The position numbers and the translations under genes are program-made. Shown in pieces: positions 8,727 to 20,324 of a DNA stretch of 64,000 bases. The notes under the pieces are model-generated. The model searched no databases. It had not been told where the DNA came from and saw nothing but the letters and a program-made list of their open reading frames with translations. The stretch lies in assembly GCA_963724215.1 (NCBI GenBank), contig CAVRTZ010000013.1, positions 14,877-78,876 of the forward strand, in the 5' to 3' direction. How positions within the stretch are numbered: the stretch's first letter is position 1; the number at the start of each line of letters is the position of its first letter. The DNA comes from an uncultured Ignavibacteria bacterium. Its GTDB lineage: Bacteria; Bacteroidota; Ignavibacteria; UBA10030; SZUA-254.

Positions 8727-10028
8727 TCACCCGATTCTCAACCGGTGGGTTGCCGCTATTCTCTCGACAACGGGCCGGGGGACACCGATCTCGCCGGCGA
8801 AGCGCGGCCAGAGAGAAACCGCCTCCTTCACCTGATCGAGTATCGCCGGGGCATGTTTGATCCCATACTGCCGGGACACCGACAGAAGGTCATCCTTCGT
8901 CAGCTCATCCCGTTTGCCGTTGACGGTCATCTGGTGTTGGTTTGTCCAGGGTCCCGCGGAATTGTACGCCCAGATGACATCGAACGCGGGGGCGAGCACC
9001 CATGCTCCGTCATGGGTCATCAGAAACGAAACGTTTTTAGTGTGGTCGTCCTGATTCCGGGCGATGATGTTGAATACCATCCGCCGGTACATCTCCGCGA
9101 GCGAGTCGTAGCCGAGTTGTACTTGCTGCATCGTCGAGAAGGCTTGTTCGTAACTGTGCGCTCCCGGCAGGTTGAAGTCGAAATGCGCCATCGCGCAGAG
9201 CGATTGCATGTGGATTTTTTCGTTGTTCGTGCCCCGGTCGAACCGGCGCGTCATGAAGTGGGCCCTTCCGTTCTCCTCGAAAAGCCGGCACGGGGACATC
9301 CGGATCCCGGCAGACAGGGCCATCCTGTGATAGGCGTACTCGATGCGGCCGTATCCTTTCGATGCTCCGACCGAGCGGTCCTCCACGCCGTCGAACTTCA
9401 TGATCCAGGGCTCAAATCCCGGAGGCGGCGTGACCTGACCCGACCGGACCTCGTTGGTCGAGGGGTTCCACGCGATGAGCGCCTTCGCGCGCGCGCCGCC
9501 CGCGGATGTTCCCACGCGGATGATGGTGTCGAGGGCGTCGGCGTCGTGCTTCAGGTTGACGAGCATCTCCGCCCGGTTATCCACCACGAGTTGCGCCAGT
9601 TCGACCATTCTGCCGATCTCGATCGTGACGGACCTGGTCTCCCTCGGCCGGATGGCGGGCTTGAACTCTAGCGCCCCCATCCCGCGGGTCCCGATGTAAC
9701 AGAGGCGTTCGACCGGCGAGAAATCTTCCCTGCTTCGTCCCTCGCGCGCCAGCCACGCATCGATCAGGGTGTTGCCGAATTTATCGGGGAGGGAGTCGGC
9801 CAGCAACCCGGGAAGACCGTAATAGGTATTCCGATCGAGTCCGGGAAACGAAAATATTCCGGGCTTGCGCGGAAGGACCAGCGGCGAGATGTCGAATCCT
9901 TCCCGGAGGAATGAGGGGGCATATTCGAACGATGCCAGGCCGCGGTCGGTGTCCCACGCCACGGCCCCAACCTGCCTGCCCCAGAGCAGCACCTTCGCTG
10001 CGGAAACGCGTTTTCCCGCCATGGTCAT
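8727..10028 (-). CDS. hipA: HipA-family serine/threonine kinase toxin (type II TA)
   Basis: Motifs seen: ..GLPGLLADSLPDKFG.., ..VGTSAGGARAKA.., ..ARNQDDHTKNVSF.. The start is chosen at ATG 10028, which overlaps the hipB stop (ATGA). The ORF itself opens at 10202. Confidence 0.85.
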   Translation of the reverse strand: MTMAGKRVSAAKVLLWGRQVGAVAWDTDRGLASFEYAPSFLREGFDISPLVLPRKPGIFSFPGLDRNTYYGLPGLLADSLPDKFGNTLIDAWLAREGRSREDFSPVERLCYIGTRGMGALEFKPAIRPRETRSVTIEIGRMVELAQLVVDNRAEMLVNLKHDADALDTIIRVGTSAGGARAKALIAWNPSTNEVRSGQVTPPPGFEPWIMKFDGVEDRSVGASKGYGRIEYAYHRMALSAGIRMSPCRLFEENGRAHFMTRRFDRGTNNEKIHMQSLCAMAHFDFNLPGAHSYEQAFSTMQQVQLGYDSLAEMYRRMVFNIIARNQDDHTKNVSFLMTHDGAWVLAPAFDVIWAYNSAGPWTNQHQMTVNGKRDELTKDDLLSVSRQYGIKHAPAILDQVKEAVSLWPRFAGEIGVPRPVVERIAATHRLRIG

Positions 10029-10360
10029 GAACCTTTGGGCTTCGCCGGTTTGCGTCCCCTGCTCCCGGAGGCTTCCTGCCGGATCTTTCCGCCCATCCGG
10101 GCAAGTTCGAGCGGGCTGATCCCCGGTTCCGGAAGGAGAAGGCCGACCTGATCGAGCTTTCCCAGCGCCCGCAGGACACGGATGAAATTCCCGAGGGTGC
10201 ATCCCCGTCCGTTCTCGAGCCGGTTGATGACGATCCGGCTTACGCCGGCCGACTGCGAAAGCTGTACCTGGGTTTTATTCTGGTTGAGCCGCTCCTGCCT
10301 GACCCTGCTTCCGAGTGTCCGGAGAATCCCGGCATCGTTCACCCTTGAAATTACCGTCAT
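10025..10360 (-). CDS. hipB: HipB-like XRE-family HTH antitoxin
   Basis: The HTH reads ..RQERLNQNKTQVQLSQSAGVSRIVINRLENG.. It lies immediately upstream of hipA and is translationally coupled to it. Confidence 0.75.
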   Translation of the reverse strand: MTVISRVNDAGILRTLGSRVRQERLNQNKTQVQLSQSAGVSRIVINRLENGRGCTLGNFIRVLRALGKLDQVGLLLPEPGISPLELARMGGKIRQEASGSRGRKPAKPKGS

Positions 10361-10431
10361 ACGTTATCCTTTTCCCCGATTCAATTTTAAGATACGATTT
10401 AAACGTGTGATAATCAAATATATGGTATTAT

Positions 10432-10474
10432 ATATATAGCATAATACGATATATTCCTTATATATGCTATAAAT
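10432..10474. promoter_or_regulatory. Inverted repeat in the AT-rich hipBA upstream region, candidate HipB operator
   Basis: ATATATAGCATA (10432..10443) and TATGCTATAAAT (10463..10474) are inverted repeats. The core TATAGCATA/TATGCTATA is perfect and the 12-bp arms match at 11/12, with a 19-bp spacer. The repeat lies 70-115 nt upstream of the hipB ATG. Confidence 0.4.
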
Positions 10475-10687
10475 ATATTACCTATAAGTGGAAATATAAA
10501 CTGAATTTGCTCTCGAGCCACCTCCCGGATTACAGAACCTGGGTCCCTTCAGCACTTGTCCCTGACCCTCAATATTTCGTTGAAACGAAAGGATTCAGGG
10601 TCTGTTGATTACCACCGGTATTGTGTCTATGCTGTACCAAGTGTTCTATGATCGGATGATCGGGTCAACATAAGGGAGGGATCGGAT

Positions 10688-12745
10688 ATGAAATTCTGGA
10701 AAATTGTCTTCTGTGTCCTCGGATTGGTCGTGCTCCGGGAGAGTGGCGCCGCGCAGGTCCATGCACAATGGATCGCCTCGACGGACAGCCTTTCGGCCTC
10801 GGCGATCACCGTCGATCGCAGCGGGAATGTGTACGTCGCCGGGGGCATGTTCCGCGGGACAAGCGGATACAACATCACCCTTGTGAAATACGATACCGCC
10901 GGCGTCCCGCAATGGATGAGCGAGTTTAACGGCATCGGCGACGACGCGGATGTCGCGACCGCGATCGCGCTCGATACGAGCGGAAACATCTTCGTCACCG
11001 GCTACAGTTTCCGAGGCCCGGCGGCGTTGAATTTTGAAATGGTCACGATCAAATTCACCCCCGCCGGCGATTCGCTCTGGGTCCGTCGTTTCAACGGGAC
11101 GGGCGCGCAGGATGACCGCGCATTCGCGCTCGCGGTCGACACCGCGGGAAATGCCTACGTGGGAGGGTACCTCAACAACATCTCCCTGGGCAATGTCTAT
11201 GGCCAGGACTATATCACCATCAAGTACGCCCCCGACGGGACCCAGCAGTGGGCGGCGCAGCTCGATCTTTTCGAGGCTTGCGTGAACGCCCTGGCGGTCG
11301 ACCCGGCCGGGAACGTCTACATCACCGGGGCGGGAACCGATGGCACCCCCGCCAACACCGGCATCACGGCGAAGTACGGCCCGGGCGGCGGTCTGCTCTG
11401 GTCGAAAGGCACCCCCGCCCAAATCGCCACCGGCCTCGTCCTCGATGACAGCGATAATGTGTACGTCACCGGGTACGGCCAGGGAGTAACAGGATTTTAC
11501 GATTTCGTGACGATGAAATACGACAGCGCGGGGACGGAACAGTGGACGAGCCGGTATACCGGGCCGGTCGATGAAGACGACAAGGCGAGGGGCATCGTCG
11601 TCGATAAAAATCACAATGTGTATGTAACGGGTGAGGCGAGTGTTATGCCGGGATCGTACGTCAGGGATTACGCAACCGTTAAATATGGGATCGACGGGGA
11701 TTCGCTCTGGGCAAAACTGTATGATGGCGCAGGGTCGATCGACAAGCCCGTCGACATCGCCATCGATTCCGCCGGGAGTGTCTATGTCACGGGGAGCAGT
11801 GTGGGTTCGTTCCTGGAGGGTAGTTCGAACGATTACGCCACGATCAAGTATGGCGCGAACGGCGATTCGCTCTGGGCCCGGCGGTACAACCCGGCAAACC
11901 TGGAAGACCAGGCGGTGGCGGTCGAGGTTGACCTCCGGGGCAATGTCTACGTCACGGGGGTGATCCAGACGAGTTTCACCTCCGGTGGCTCCGGCACGAT
12001 CAAATACTCACAGGCGGTCGTGCCTGCCGCCTGGAGCACCGAAGTGCCGGCCGGCGGCGCGGGCTCAACGACGCTCTTCGGCGGGACGGGCCTGACGTTC
12101 ATCGGCGACGTGACGGTGCCGGATTCCGTGACCGTGTTCTACTATCTCGAATCGCCGGATCCCGGAGAGTTCCCTTCGGGCATCGTCGGGATCGGCGATT
12201 ATTTCTGGCGGGTCTTTAACGACGGGACGATCTTCACGAACGGGTATATGCGCCTTTCAACCGAGGACCTGGTTGGAGTTACGGTCGGAGGGTGCGGTGC
12301 GTGCCTGGTATGGCTGAAGCGCGACAATGCCGGAGACGCCTGGGAGAACATCGGCGGGAGCCTCGACGGGACGCTCGACAGCGGGACGCTGACGAGCACG
12401 ACCCCGTTCGGATCGTTCTCGGAGTTCGCCATCGGATCGACCGACAGCACGACCCTCGACGTTGAAGAGGGGACCGGGCCCTATGCGTTCGAGCTCGCGC
12501 AGAACTACCCCAACCCGTTCAATCCGGTGACGAGCCTGCAGTACGCTCTTCCGGAAAACGCTCACGTCCGATTGAATGTTTTCAACGTCCTGGGAGAGGT
12601 CGTGGCGACACTGGTCGATGGCGAACAGGAGGCGGGGCGCAGGGTGGTTCAGTGGGACGCCGCTCACCTTCCGAGCGGGGTGTACTTCTCGAGGTTGACC
12701 GCCGGTCCGTTGATGCAGACCGGAAAGATGGTCCTCATGCGGTGA
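10688..12745 (+). CDS. SBBP-repeat beta-propeller protein with T9SS C-terminal sorting domain
   Basis: Signal peptide MKFWKIVFCVLGLVVL. About ten repeats of D.[SA]GNVYVTG..(D)..T.KY...G...W. The C-terminus is [32 protein letters not shown]. Confidence 0.8.
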   Translation: MKFWKIVFCVLGLVVLRESGAAQVHAQWIASTDSLSASAITVDRSGNVYVAGGMFRGTSGYNITLVKYDTAGVPQWMSEFNGIGDDADVATAIALDTSGNIFVTGYSFRGPAALNFEMVTIKFTPAGDSLWVRRFNGTGAQDDRAFALAVDTAGNAYVGGYLNNISLGNVYGQDYITIKYAPDGTQQWAAQLDLFEACVNALAVDPAGNVYITGAGTDGTPANTGITAKYGPGGGLLWSKGTPAQIATGLVLDDSDNVYVTGYGQGVTGFYDFVTMKYDSAGTEQWTSRYTGPVDEDDKARGIVVDKNHNVYVTGEASVMPGSYVRDYATVKYGIDGDSLWAKLYDGAGSIDKPVDIAIDSAGSVYVTGSSVGSFLEGSSNDYATIKYGANGDSLWARRYNPANLEDQAVAVEVDLRGNVYVTGVIQTSFTSGGSGTIKYSQAVVPAAWSTEVPAGGAGSTTLFGGTGLTFIGDVTVPDSVTVFYYLESPDPGEFPSGIVGIGDYFWRVFNDGTIFTNGYMRLSTEDLVGVTVGGCGACLVWLKRDNAGDAWENIGGSLDGTLDSGTLTSTTPFGSFSEFAIGSTDSTTLDVEEGTGPYAFELAQNYPNPFNPVTSLQYALPENAHVRLNVFNVLGEVVATLVDGEQEAGRRVVQWDAAHLPSGVYFSRLTAGPLMQTGKMVLMR

Positions 12746-12759
12746 TCGCGCTCCTGACC

Positions 12760-14079
12760 CTACGAATAGTACATCACGAACCTCGTCTGTTCACCGGGCG
12801 CGCTCTCAAGCGAAAACTCGAAATTGTGCTGCCGCAGGATTTCCTGGACGAGGGTGAGCCCGATCCCCTGGCCGTTCTCCTTGGTGCTGAAGAAGGGGGT
12901 GAAGAGCTGCACTCGAACCTCTTCGGTGATACCCGGCCCCGTGTCCTCGATCGAAACCGCGTTCCGCCCGTTCGTTCGTCCAAGTCGGATCGTGATCGTC
13001 CCATCGGACCCAATCGCCTCCATCGCGTTTTTCAGGACGTTGAGAAACACCTGCTCCATCTGCTGGGCGTCCATCAACACGGGGTCCGGCTCCGCTCCGG
13101 CTCCAGCCCCATCTTCCCAGGAGAGCGCGATCCTTCTCCGGGCGAGTTCGGCGTGCAGCAGCCTCGCGATGTTCTTCAGCGGGACGCGCACGTCGCCGAA
13201 GGCGCGCCGCGGGGGCGGCAGCCGCAGGATGTCCGCGAATCCCTTCATGAACGCGTTCAGGTGGTCGGTCCTCGCGATGGCCACGGTGAGGGCTGTTTCG
13301 AAATCGGCGCGGTCCTCCGCGCGCAGTTGCTGTCCGTAATGAAGGCACGAATGCAGGAGGGAATTCGCCGCCCCGAGTGAATTGTTCACCTCGTGCGACA
13401 GCATCCGGATCAGTTTCTCGTACGCCGCCCGCTCGTTCTTCCTCAACTCCTCCGTCAACTCTTCGAAAAGATAAAACGTCCGCGAATGTCCCCGGTCGAG
13501 GAAACTCGATTTCCGGCAGAGGACCTTTCGCGTGCCGCGGAGGATGAAAATGGCCGCTTCCCCCGGATCCAGCCGGTCCATCTGGGTCGCGAACGGGACG
13601 CCGAGGTCGGTGGTCTTCTTTCCCCCGAGTGTCCCGTTCGAAGCCTGGAAGAGGGAGTGCGCCGAGGGGTTCGCGTACGAAATCGTCCCCTGGTGGTCGA
13701 GGATGATGATGGCCGACGGTGAGACCTGGAGGATCTTGTCCAGGAAATAGTGCTGCTCCTGGATCGTCAATCTTTCGGTGCGGAGTGTGTCGACCATCTG
13801 GTTGTAGACGCCGACCAGACGGTCCATCTCGGGCGGGCCCGTCGCGCGCAGCCGGGTCGAGAAGTCCCTCTCCCGCAGGAATTCCACACTCGATGCGATC
13901 AGTTCGAGGGGGCGGAAGAGGCCGCGGAAGATGGCGAGGGCGGCGAAGAAGGACAGCAACAGGAACAGCTCGAGGGCGACGAGCCAGATCCGGTCGTCCC
14001 GGAGGAGCCACACGATGACCGAGGCGAAGACGAGGTGGACGGCGAGCAGGTAGAGGGTGAACGCGCGGCGCAGGGTCAC
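12760..14079 (-). CDS. Sensor histidine kinase (2 TM, PAS-like, HisKA, HATPase)
   Basis: H-box LSHEVNNSL, N-box NVLKNAMEA, G-boxes DTGPGI and GQGIGL. GTG 14079 overlaps the stop of the upstream regulator (GTGA). The ORF opens at 14388, but that part overlaps the regulator gene. Confidence 0.8.
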   Translation of the reverse strand: MTLRRAFTLYLLAVHLVFASVIVWLLRDDRIWLVALELFLLLSFFAALAIFRGLFRPLELIASSVEFLRERDFSTRLRATGPPEMDRLVGVYNQMVDTLRTERLTIQEQHYFLDKILQVSPSAIIILDHQGTISYANPSAHSLFQASNGTLGGKKTTDLGVPFATQMDRLDPGEAAIFILRGTRKVLCRKSSFLDRGHSRTFYLFEELTEELRKNERAAYEKLIRMLSHEVNNSLGAANSLLHSCLHYGQQLRAEDRADFETALTVAIARTDHLNAFMKGFADILRLPPPRRAFGDVRVPLKNIARLLHAELARRRIALSWEDGAGAGAEPDPVLMDAQQMEQVFLNVLKNAMEAIGSDGTITIRLGRTNGRNAVSIEDTGPGITEEVRVQLFTPFFSTKENGQGIGLTLVQEILRQHNFEFSLESAPGEQTRFVMYYS

Positions 14080-15457
14080 GACGGGATTCCGAACTTCTCG
14101 AGCCTCCGGTAGAGGGCGGCCCGGCTCAGGCCGAGGCTCTCGGCCACCCTGCTGACGTTTCCCTTGAACTCCTTCATACACATCTCGATCATCGCCTGCT
14201 CCATCTCCTCGAGGGTCATCGTGCCGGCCGCCGGCAGGCCGTTCCGCGCAAGCCCGGTCGCGTCCATTTTTCCCGGCAGGCTGAAATCCTCGACCTCGAG
14301 GACGTCCCTGGAGGTCATCATCACGGCCCGCTCGACGGTGTGTTTCAGCTGGCGGATGTTGCCGAGCCAGGGGAGTTGCCGGAGCCATTCGAGGGCCTTC
14401 TCGCTCATGGTGAGGCCGCTCTTCCTGTAGACGCCGGCGCTGTTGCCGAGGAAGTGGAGGGCGAGCAGCGGAATGTCGTCCCGTCGTTCGCGCAGGGGAG
14501 GGACGTGGAGGGCGATGAGGTTCAGTCGATACAGCAGGTCCTCGCGAAACTCCCCGCGCGCGATCAGGTCAGCGAGGTCGGCGTTCGTGGCGGAGATCAC
14601 CCGCACGTCGACCTTCCGCGACTGGCTCGATCCGAGGACTTCGTACGTCCGGTCCTGGAGCACCCGGAGCAATTTCACCTGGCACGCGCCGTCGAGGTCG
14701 CCGATTTCGTCTAAAAAGATGGTCCCCCCGTCGGCGATTTCGAACCGGCCCTTCCTGTTCTCCCGCGCGTCGGTGAAGGCGCCCCTGACGTGGCCGAACA
14801 TCTCGCTCTCAAAAAGGGGTTGCGAGATCCCCCCGAGGTTGACCTTGATGAACGGTTTGTCCCTCCGCGCGCTGTTGCGGTGGATCGCCTCGGCGATCAA
14901 TTCCTTCCCGGTCCCGCTTTCGCCGGTGATCAGGACGGTGGCGTCGGTGGGGCTCGACTTTCCCGAGGATCTCGAGGATGCGCAGGAGTTTCGGGTCGCG
15001 GCCGACAATCCCGCCAAAGTCGTATTTCGAGTCGAGCTCCCCGCGGGTGAGGGGAGGGGCCGACGATTCCCTCGAGATTTCCGCAAGCCCGAGGGTGGTC
15101 CGTATCGAATGCAGCAGCTCCTCGTTCGTCCACGGCTTGGTGATGAAATCAGCGGCGCCCGGCCTTCATCCCCTGGACGGCGAGGGAGATCGACCCCCAG
15201 GCCGTCATCAGGATCACCGGCACCGCGGGATGGAGAGACTTGATCCTGCGCAGGAGGGAGAGTCCCTCGTCCCCCGACGTGCTCCGGGAATAATTCATGT
15301 CCTGGATGACGAGCCGGACCGGGCCGTTCTTCATCTCGTCGATCGCGCGTCCCGGCGAGGTGATCCCGCGGGACGGATAACCGGCCTGCTTCAGGAGGAG
15401 GGAGAGGGATGCGACGATCGATGGGTCATCGTCGACGATCAGGATTACGCCGTCCAT
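14076..15457 (-). pseudogene. NtrC-family sigma54-dependent response regulator, at least 2 frameshifts as assembled
   Basis: Receiver domain (MDGVILIVDDDP..), AAA+ domain (GESGTGKE, GAFTDA, IFLDEIGD) and Fis-type HTH (..SRAALYRRLEKFGI). The frame breaks at about 15150, where removing one G from GCCGGGCGCC restores ..GMKAGAADFITKPW.. It breaks again at about 14950 (..ILGKV | SPTDATVLITGESG). Confidence 0.8.
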
Positions 15458-15588
15458 ACGTGCTTTCAAACTAACCGAAACGGACTCGAAAAGCAAGGGT
15501 TTCCCGGCGGCCCCGCCGCTGTCGGAGCCATCGCGGGACCCGCCCCCTCCCGACACGGCCGGATCCCCGCGCAATACCGCTGCGGCGC

Positions 15589-16775
15589 TCAATCGTAATG
15601 GAGCGCTTCAGCGGGCTGGATCTCCATCGTCAGCCAGCTGGGGTAGAACCCGCAGGTCATCGTCAGGAGGTACATCAGCACGACGGAGATGCCGAACCCG
15701 GTGCCGTAGACGGAGGCGGGGATCTCCGGGATGAGGTCGAGCATCGGGAACTGCACGATGACGAACGCTCCCGATGGCCAGGCCGAAGGTGGTCAGCACG
15801 AACATTTCGCCGAGGATCTGGTGATGGACCTGGTGCGCCGTCCCGCCGACCGCGCGCCGCAGGCCGATCTCCTGCGTCCGCTGGGAGATGTTCTGCCAGA
15901 GGACCCCGATGAGTCCGAGGGCCACCATGAAGAGGAGGAACCCGGCGATGACCCCCCCGGCGATCAGCGGCGTGAGGCGTGTTTTCAGGTCCGATTCCCG
16001 TTCGTTCTCGAGCCGGAGGATCCGGAACGTCCAGCCCTTCTGCGTCGCTTCGAGCGTCTTCGCGAGTTTTTCCTGGAACTCCGCGGTGGTCCCCGGTTTC
16101 ACCCTGTATCGAGGATGTCCCAGGGGAAGAAACTGCCTCGACGTATCGGGGGGGTTGATCCTGGTCAGCAGATAATTCACCGGCAGGGAGAACTCCCCGC
16201 CTTCCTGAAATCCCGGACGACTCCGACCACCCGCCGCTTGTCGAACGGGAGTTCCTTCCCGAGCGGGTCGGCCGACCCGAAGAGGTCCTTCGCCAGCCGT
16301 TCGTTGATGATGGCCGGTCCCTGCGTGGCCCCGTCGTCCTCGCGCGAGAACCACCGCCCCGCGATGACGTCCACCTTCAGGAGTTCCCCGGCCGCGTCGG
16401 TCACGTCGTTGACATGCGCGTCGACGTTCCTTCCTTCGAACTTCGCTCCCGTAGATCGAAGTCGACGTGGAGTACGGCGACATCGAGATGCCCGCCACCG
16501 CCTCGATCTGCGGCAGGTCGCGCAGCGTGTTCTCGATCAGGGCCATCGCTTCGAGGTTCGCCTTCCTGTTCGAATCCGCGGCTCACGTGGGGGTCGACGC
16601 CCACGCTCCAGACGCGTTCGACCGAGAAGCCGAGCGGCCTGCGATAGTTGACCGTGTAGAGCGTCGCCATCACGATCACGCCGAAGAGGACCAGGAACGA
16701 GAGCACGATCTCGGTCAGGATGAGGCCGTTCACCCGCTTCCTGTTCCAGATGATTTTCAACAGATGTTTGATCAT
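15589..16775 (-). pseudogene. MacB/FtsX-type ABC transporter permease, at least 4 frame changes as assembled
   Basis: TM1 is MIKHLLKIIWNRKRVNGLILTEIVLSFLVLFG, followed by a periplasmic MacB-type part and the FtsX bundle (..QRTQEIGLRRAVGGT..). The last 57 aa (..FYPSWLTMEIQPAEALHYD*) read in a frame not listed in the ORF track. The pieces lie in ORFs 16401..17168, 16177..16404 and 15608..16546. The ATG at 16775 overlaps the stop of the upstream permease (ATGA). Confidence 0.7.
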
Positions 16776-18043
16776 CGCGTCACTCCTCTCAACGCCTTCA
16801 CCGGGTGCAGCCGGGCCATCCTCCACGCGGGATACGCTCCCGAGATCAATCCGAAGGCGAGGATCAGGAGGAAACCGTAGACGAACACCCTCAGGTTCAT
16901 CGAAAAATGGGCGTACTGGATGAGCCCGCTCTCGTTGAGCATCCCGAGGACGATCGCGGTGCCGATGAACCCGAGGATCCCGCCGATCGCGGTCAGGATG
17001 ATGTTCTCGACCACGAACTGTCCCACCAGCGTCGACCGACGACGCGCCGAACGATTTCCTGACGCCGATTTCCGAGGAGCGCTCGATCATCCTGCTGACG
17101 TTGAGGTTGACGAGGTTGATGGTCGGCAGGAGCATGAAGAGCAGGATCGCGATCGCCAGGGCGCCCACGGCCCGCCCGACGTACGATTCGATCGTCGAGA
17201 CGCCACCTTCGGGTCCGTTGCTGTATCGCGGCCCCGATCATCTCCCGCGCCGTGGCTTCGAACATCGTCTCGGCGGCGCTCTCGAACCTGTCGTAGGCGG
17301 AGCTCGGCAGCGGTACGTCGCGGAGCCGGCCCTTCAGCTCCTGCTTGATCCGGTCGAAGTCCCCCTCGTCGCGCGCGAGGATGAGGCCGTTGAAACTTCC
17401 CGTCAAACGTTCCCGGTAGTCCGCGTCGGGTGTGGTGCTCACCGGGACCCAGACGTCGGCGAAGGGTATGTCGCGGTACCTCGGAATGTTCCGGACGACG
17501 CCGCAGACACGGTATTGTCGGCCGTCGAACTCGATGAATTTTCCGAGCGCAGGAGCCCCCCCGAAATACTTTTCCCTCGTCGCTTCGTTGATGACGCAGA
17601 CGTCGTTCGCGCTGGTTTCATCGTCGATCGTGATCGGCCCGCCTTCGACGAACGGAAAGTCGAGGATTTTCCAGAACTCCCCGTCGGTCCGTTTGACGGT
17701 GAGTTTGATCTCCGACCCGTCCCGGTACGCCGACACCGTCCCTCCGGAACCATAGATCGACACCATTTCGACGTCGGAGAGCGTCTTCACGTACTGCGAG
17801 AGAAACCCGTACCCCGCGTTCCCGGTCATGATCGTGTGTTCGCCGACCATCACGGTGTTGAAGACGCCGAGGGTCCGGTCCTGTTTCGTCTCGGGGGGAG
17901 CGGGCGCGAACATGTTGTCGAGCGCGGCGCGTGACCACCATCAGGACGACGAGGGTGAAGCTGATGCCGAACAGGCTGATGAGCGTGAAGAACTTCCTCC
18001 GGAGGAGGACCTTGATCGCGATCTTGAAATAATTTTTCAGCAT
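16772..18043 (-). pseudogene. MacB/FtsX-type ABC transporter permease, at least 3-4 frame changes as assembled
   Basis: The N-terminus MLKNYFKIAIKVLLRRKFFTLISLFGISFTLVVLMVV is in ORF 17618..18043. The periplasmic domain is in ORF 16993..17913. ..LPTINLVNLNVSRMIERSSEIGVRKSFGAS.. is in ORF 16401..17168. The C-terminal TM bundle is in ORF 16772..17026 (..AYPAWRMARLHPVKALRGVTR*). Confidence 0.7.
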
Positions 18044-18056
18044 CGTGGGGTCCTCC

Positions 18057-18723
<667 letters not shown>

Positions 18724-18739
18724 TGCGCGTTCCTCCGGT

Positions 18740-19985
18740 TTAATGGATTTTGATTTCCGTGACGTTCGAGTATTCGCCCATGTCCGAGATGATCGCCTCG
18801 TCGCCCTCCGCGAGTCCGTCGACGATTTCCACCGCGTCGAACCCGATGACGCCGCTGGTCACGGCGGTGCGCCGGGCGCTCCCCCCGTCGATGACGAAGA
18901 TCTCCTGGCGGTTCCCGCCCGTGAGGTAGGCACCTTTCGCCAGGATGAGCGCGTCGTCCCTGCTGCTGGTGATGAGTGAAACGTTGACGCGGAGGTTGGG
19001 GCGGAGCGCGGGGTGCGAGGGTTCCTTCAGCGACAGGATGATGCGCACGACGCCGTTTTCGACGTTCGGGTAGACCGTCTCGATGGTGCCCGCGAGGGCC
19101 GAATCGTTCAGCCGGACGACGGCCGCCATCCCGGGGCGGAGGGCCGGGGCGTGGACGTCCGAGAGCGTCGCCTCGACGCGGTAACTGCTCAGGTCGGCGA
19201 TGCGGGCGACGACATCGCCCCGGTGGATGCTCGACCCGATCTCGTCGCGGACCCAGGTCACCACGCCGTCGCGGTTGGCTTCGCACCCGAGCAGTTTCAT
19301 CTGACGCTGGAGGTCCTCCTTTTCCTTCAGGAGGGTGCGGGCTTCGGCCGTGATCCCCTCGAGCCGGTTCTGCGAGCGACATCTTCGTGCTCTGGATCGA
19401 TTTCTCGAGGTCCTCCTTCTCGATCCCGGCGATCCGCTGTTCCAATTTCGTCTGGTCGAGCTGGTCCTGGGAGATGGCCCCGATCGTCATCATCTTTTCC
19501 GCCTGGGCGCTCTTCGACACCAGGTACTCGAGCCGGAGGTTTTTGATGGTCAACTGGCCGGCGAGGTCGTTGAGGGTGCGCTCCATGTCGAGCCGGAGCT
19601 GGGTCTTATCATTTTCCCTGAGCGCGAGCTCCTTCCCGGTCCGTTCCAGCGAGAGATTCAGTTCGCTCGGATCGAGGGAGAGGACCGATTCGCCTTTCTT
19701 CACGGCGTCGCCCGGTTTTTTCCTCACCGCGATCAGCCGGGTCTCGCCGGGACTGGAGATGACCTGCTCGAAATTCGGGACGGTGGTGCCGGTCGCGGAG
19801 ATGGCACCCTCGATGCTGCCCCTGCGGACGATGCCGGTCCGGATCTCGTCGCGGCCGAGCGACGGCCGGAGGAGCGCCGAAAGCAGCAGCAGAAGCGCGA
19901 TGCCTCCCGCGGCGACGAGGCCGACCTTGAGAATTCTGCCGTTCAGGCGCCTGCGGATGGTGCCACTGTCGAGGGGACGATCCAT
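18740..19985 (-). pseudogene. HlyD/MacA-family periplasmic adaptor (membrane fusion protein), one frameshift near 19300-19390
   Basis: The start is taken at ATG 19985 inside ORF 18720..20126. It is followed by a TM anchor (ILKVGLVAAGGIALLLLLSALL) and a coiled-coil segment. The C-terminal barrel part is ORF 18740..19300. Confidence 0.7.
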
Positions 19986-19997
19986 GAGGGGAATACG

Positions 19998-20013
19998 TTC
20001 AAGGATCGTGCCA
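19998..20013 (-). promoter_or_regulatory. Candidate sigma54 (-24/-12) promoter in front of the exporter cluster
   Basis: The minus strand reads TGGCACGATCCTTGAA, against the consensus TGGCACG-N4-TTGCW. The -24 element and the spacing fit, but the -12 GC is GA. It ends only about 12 nt before the adaptor ATG. Confidence 0.3.
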
Positions 20014-20198
20014 GAACGGATCGGCGTGTTCCGTTCGGTTTCACCGCCGGTGGGACGGTGAGTGTCCGCAATCGGACAGCGGTGTCCGGTTCCGACGGGT
20101 GCGGTTGATGCCGCTTTGGAACTCACCCCGGTGTTGCCTACCTTGATACGTCATCAGAGCCCCATCACCCCCGCATGCTTGCAACCGAAGTACCGTCG

Positions 20199-20324
20199 AT
20201 GCTACCGGAAATAGTGAGCCGCAACCTGCGCGTCCTCTTCGTCGTCACGCCGCAGGAGCGCGAGTTCCTCCCTGATTGCAGGGAAGCCGGATCATTTTGG
20301 CCGAAAGATGGAGAACCACCATGA
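20199..20324 (+). pseudogene. Decayed duplicate of the 5' end of the Mug-like glycosylase gene (41-codon ORF)
   Basis: 20199..20244 matches 21632..21677 at 43/46 nt. 20241..20272 matches 21782..21813 at 27/32 nt. Relative to the intact gene there is an in-frame 108-bp deletion between two GTCG motifs. The TGA of this ORF overlaps the ATG of the cfa-like gene (ATGA, 20321-20324). Confidence 0.6.

Noticed and set aside
8745-9671. 308-aa plus-strand ORF inside hipA
   Set aside because: It is antisense to a HipA sequence with all kinase motifs and has no motifs of its own.
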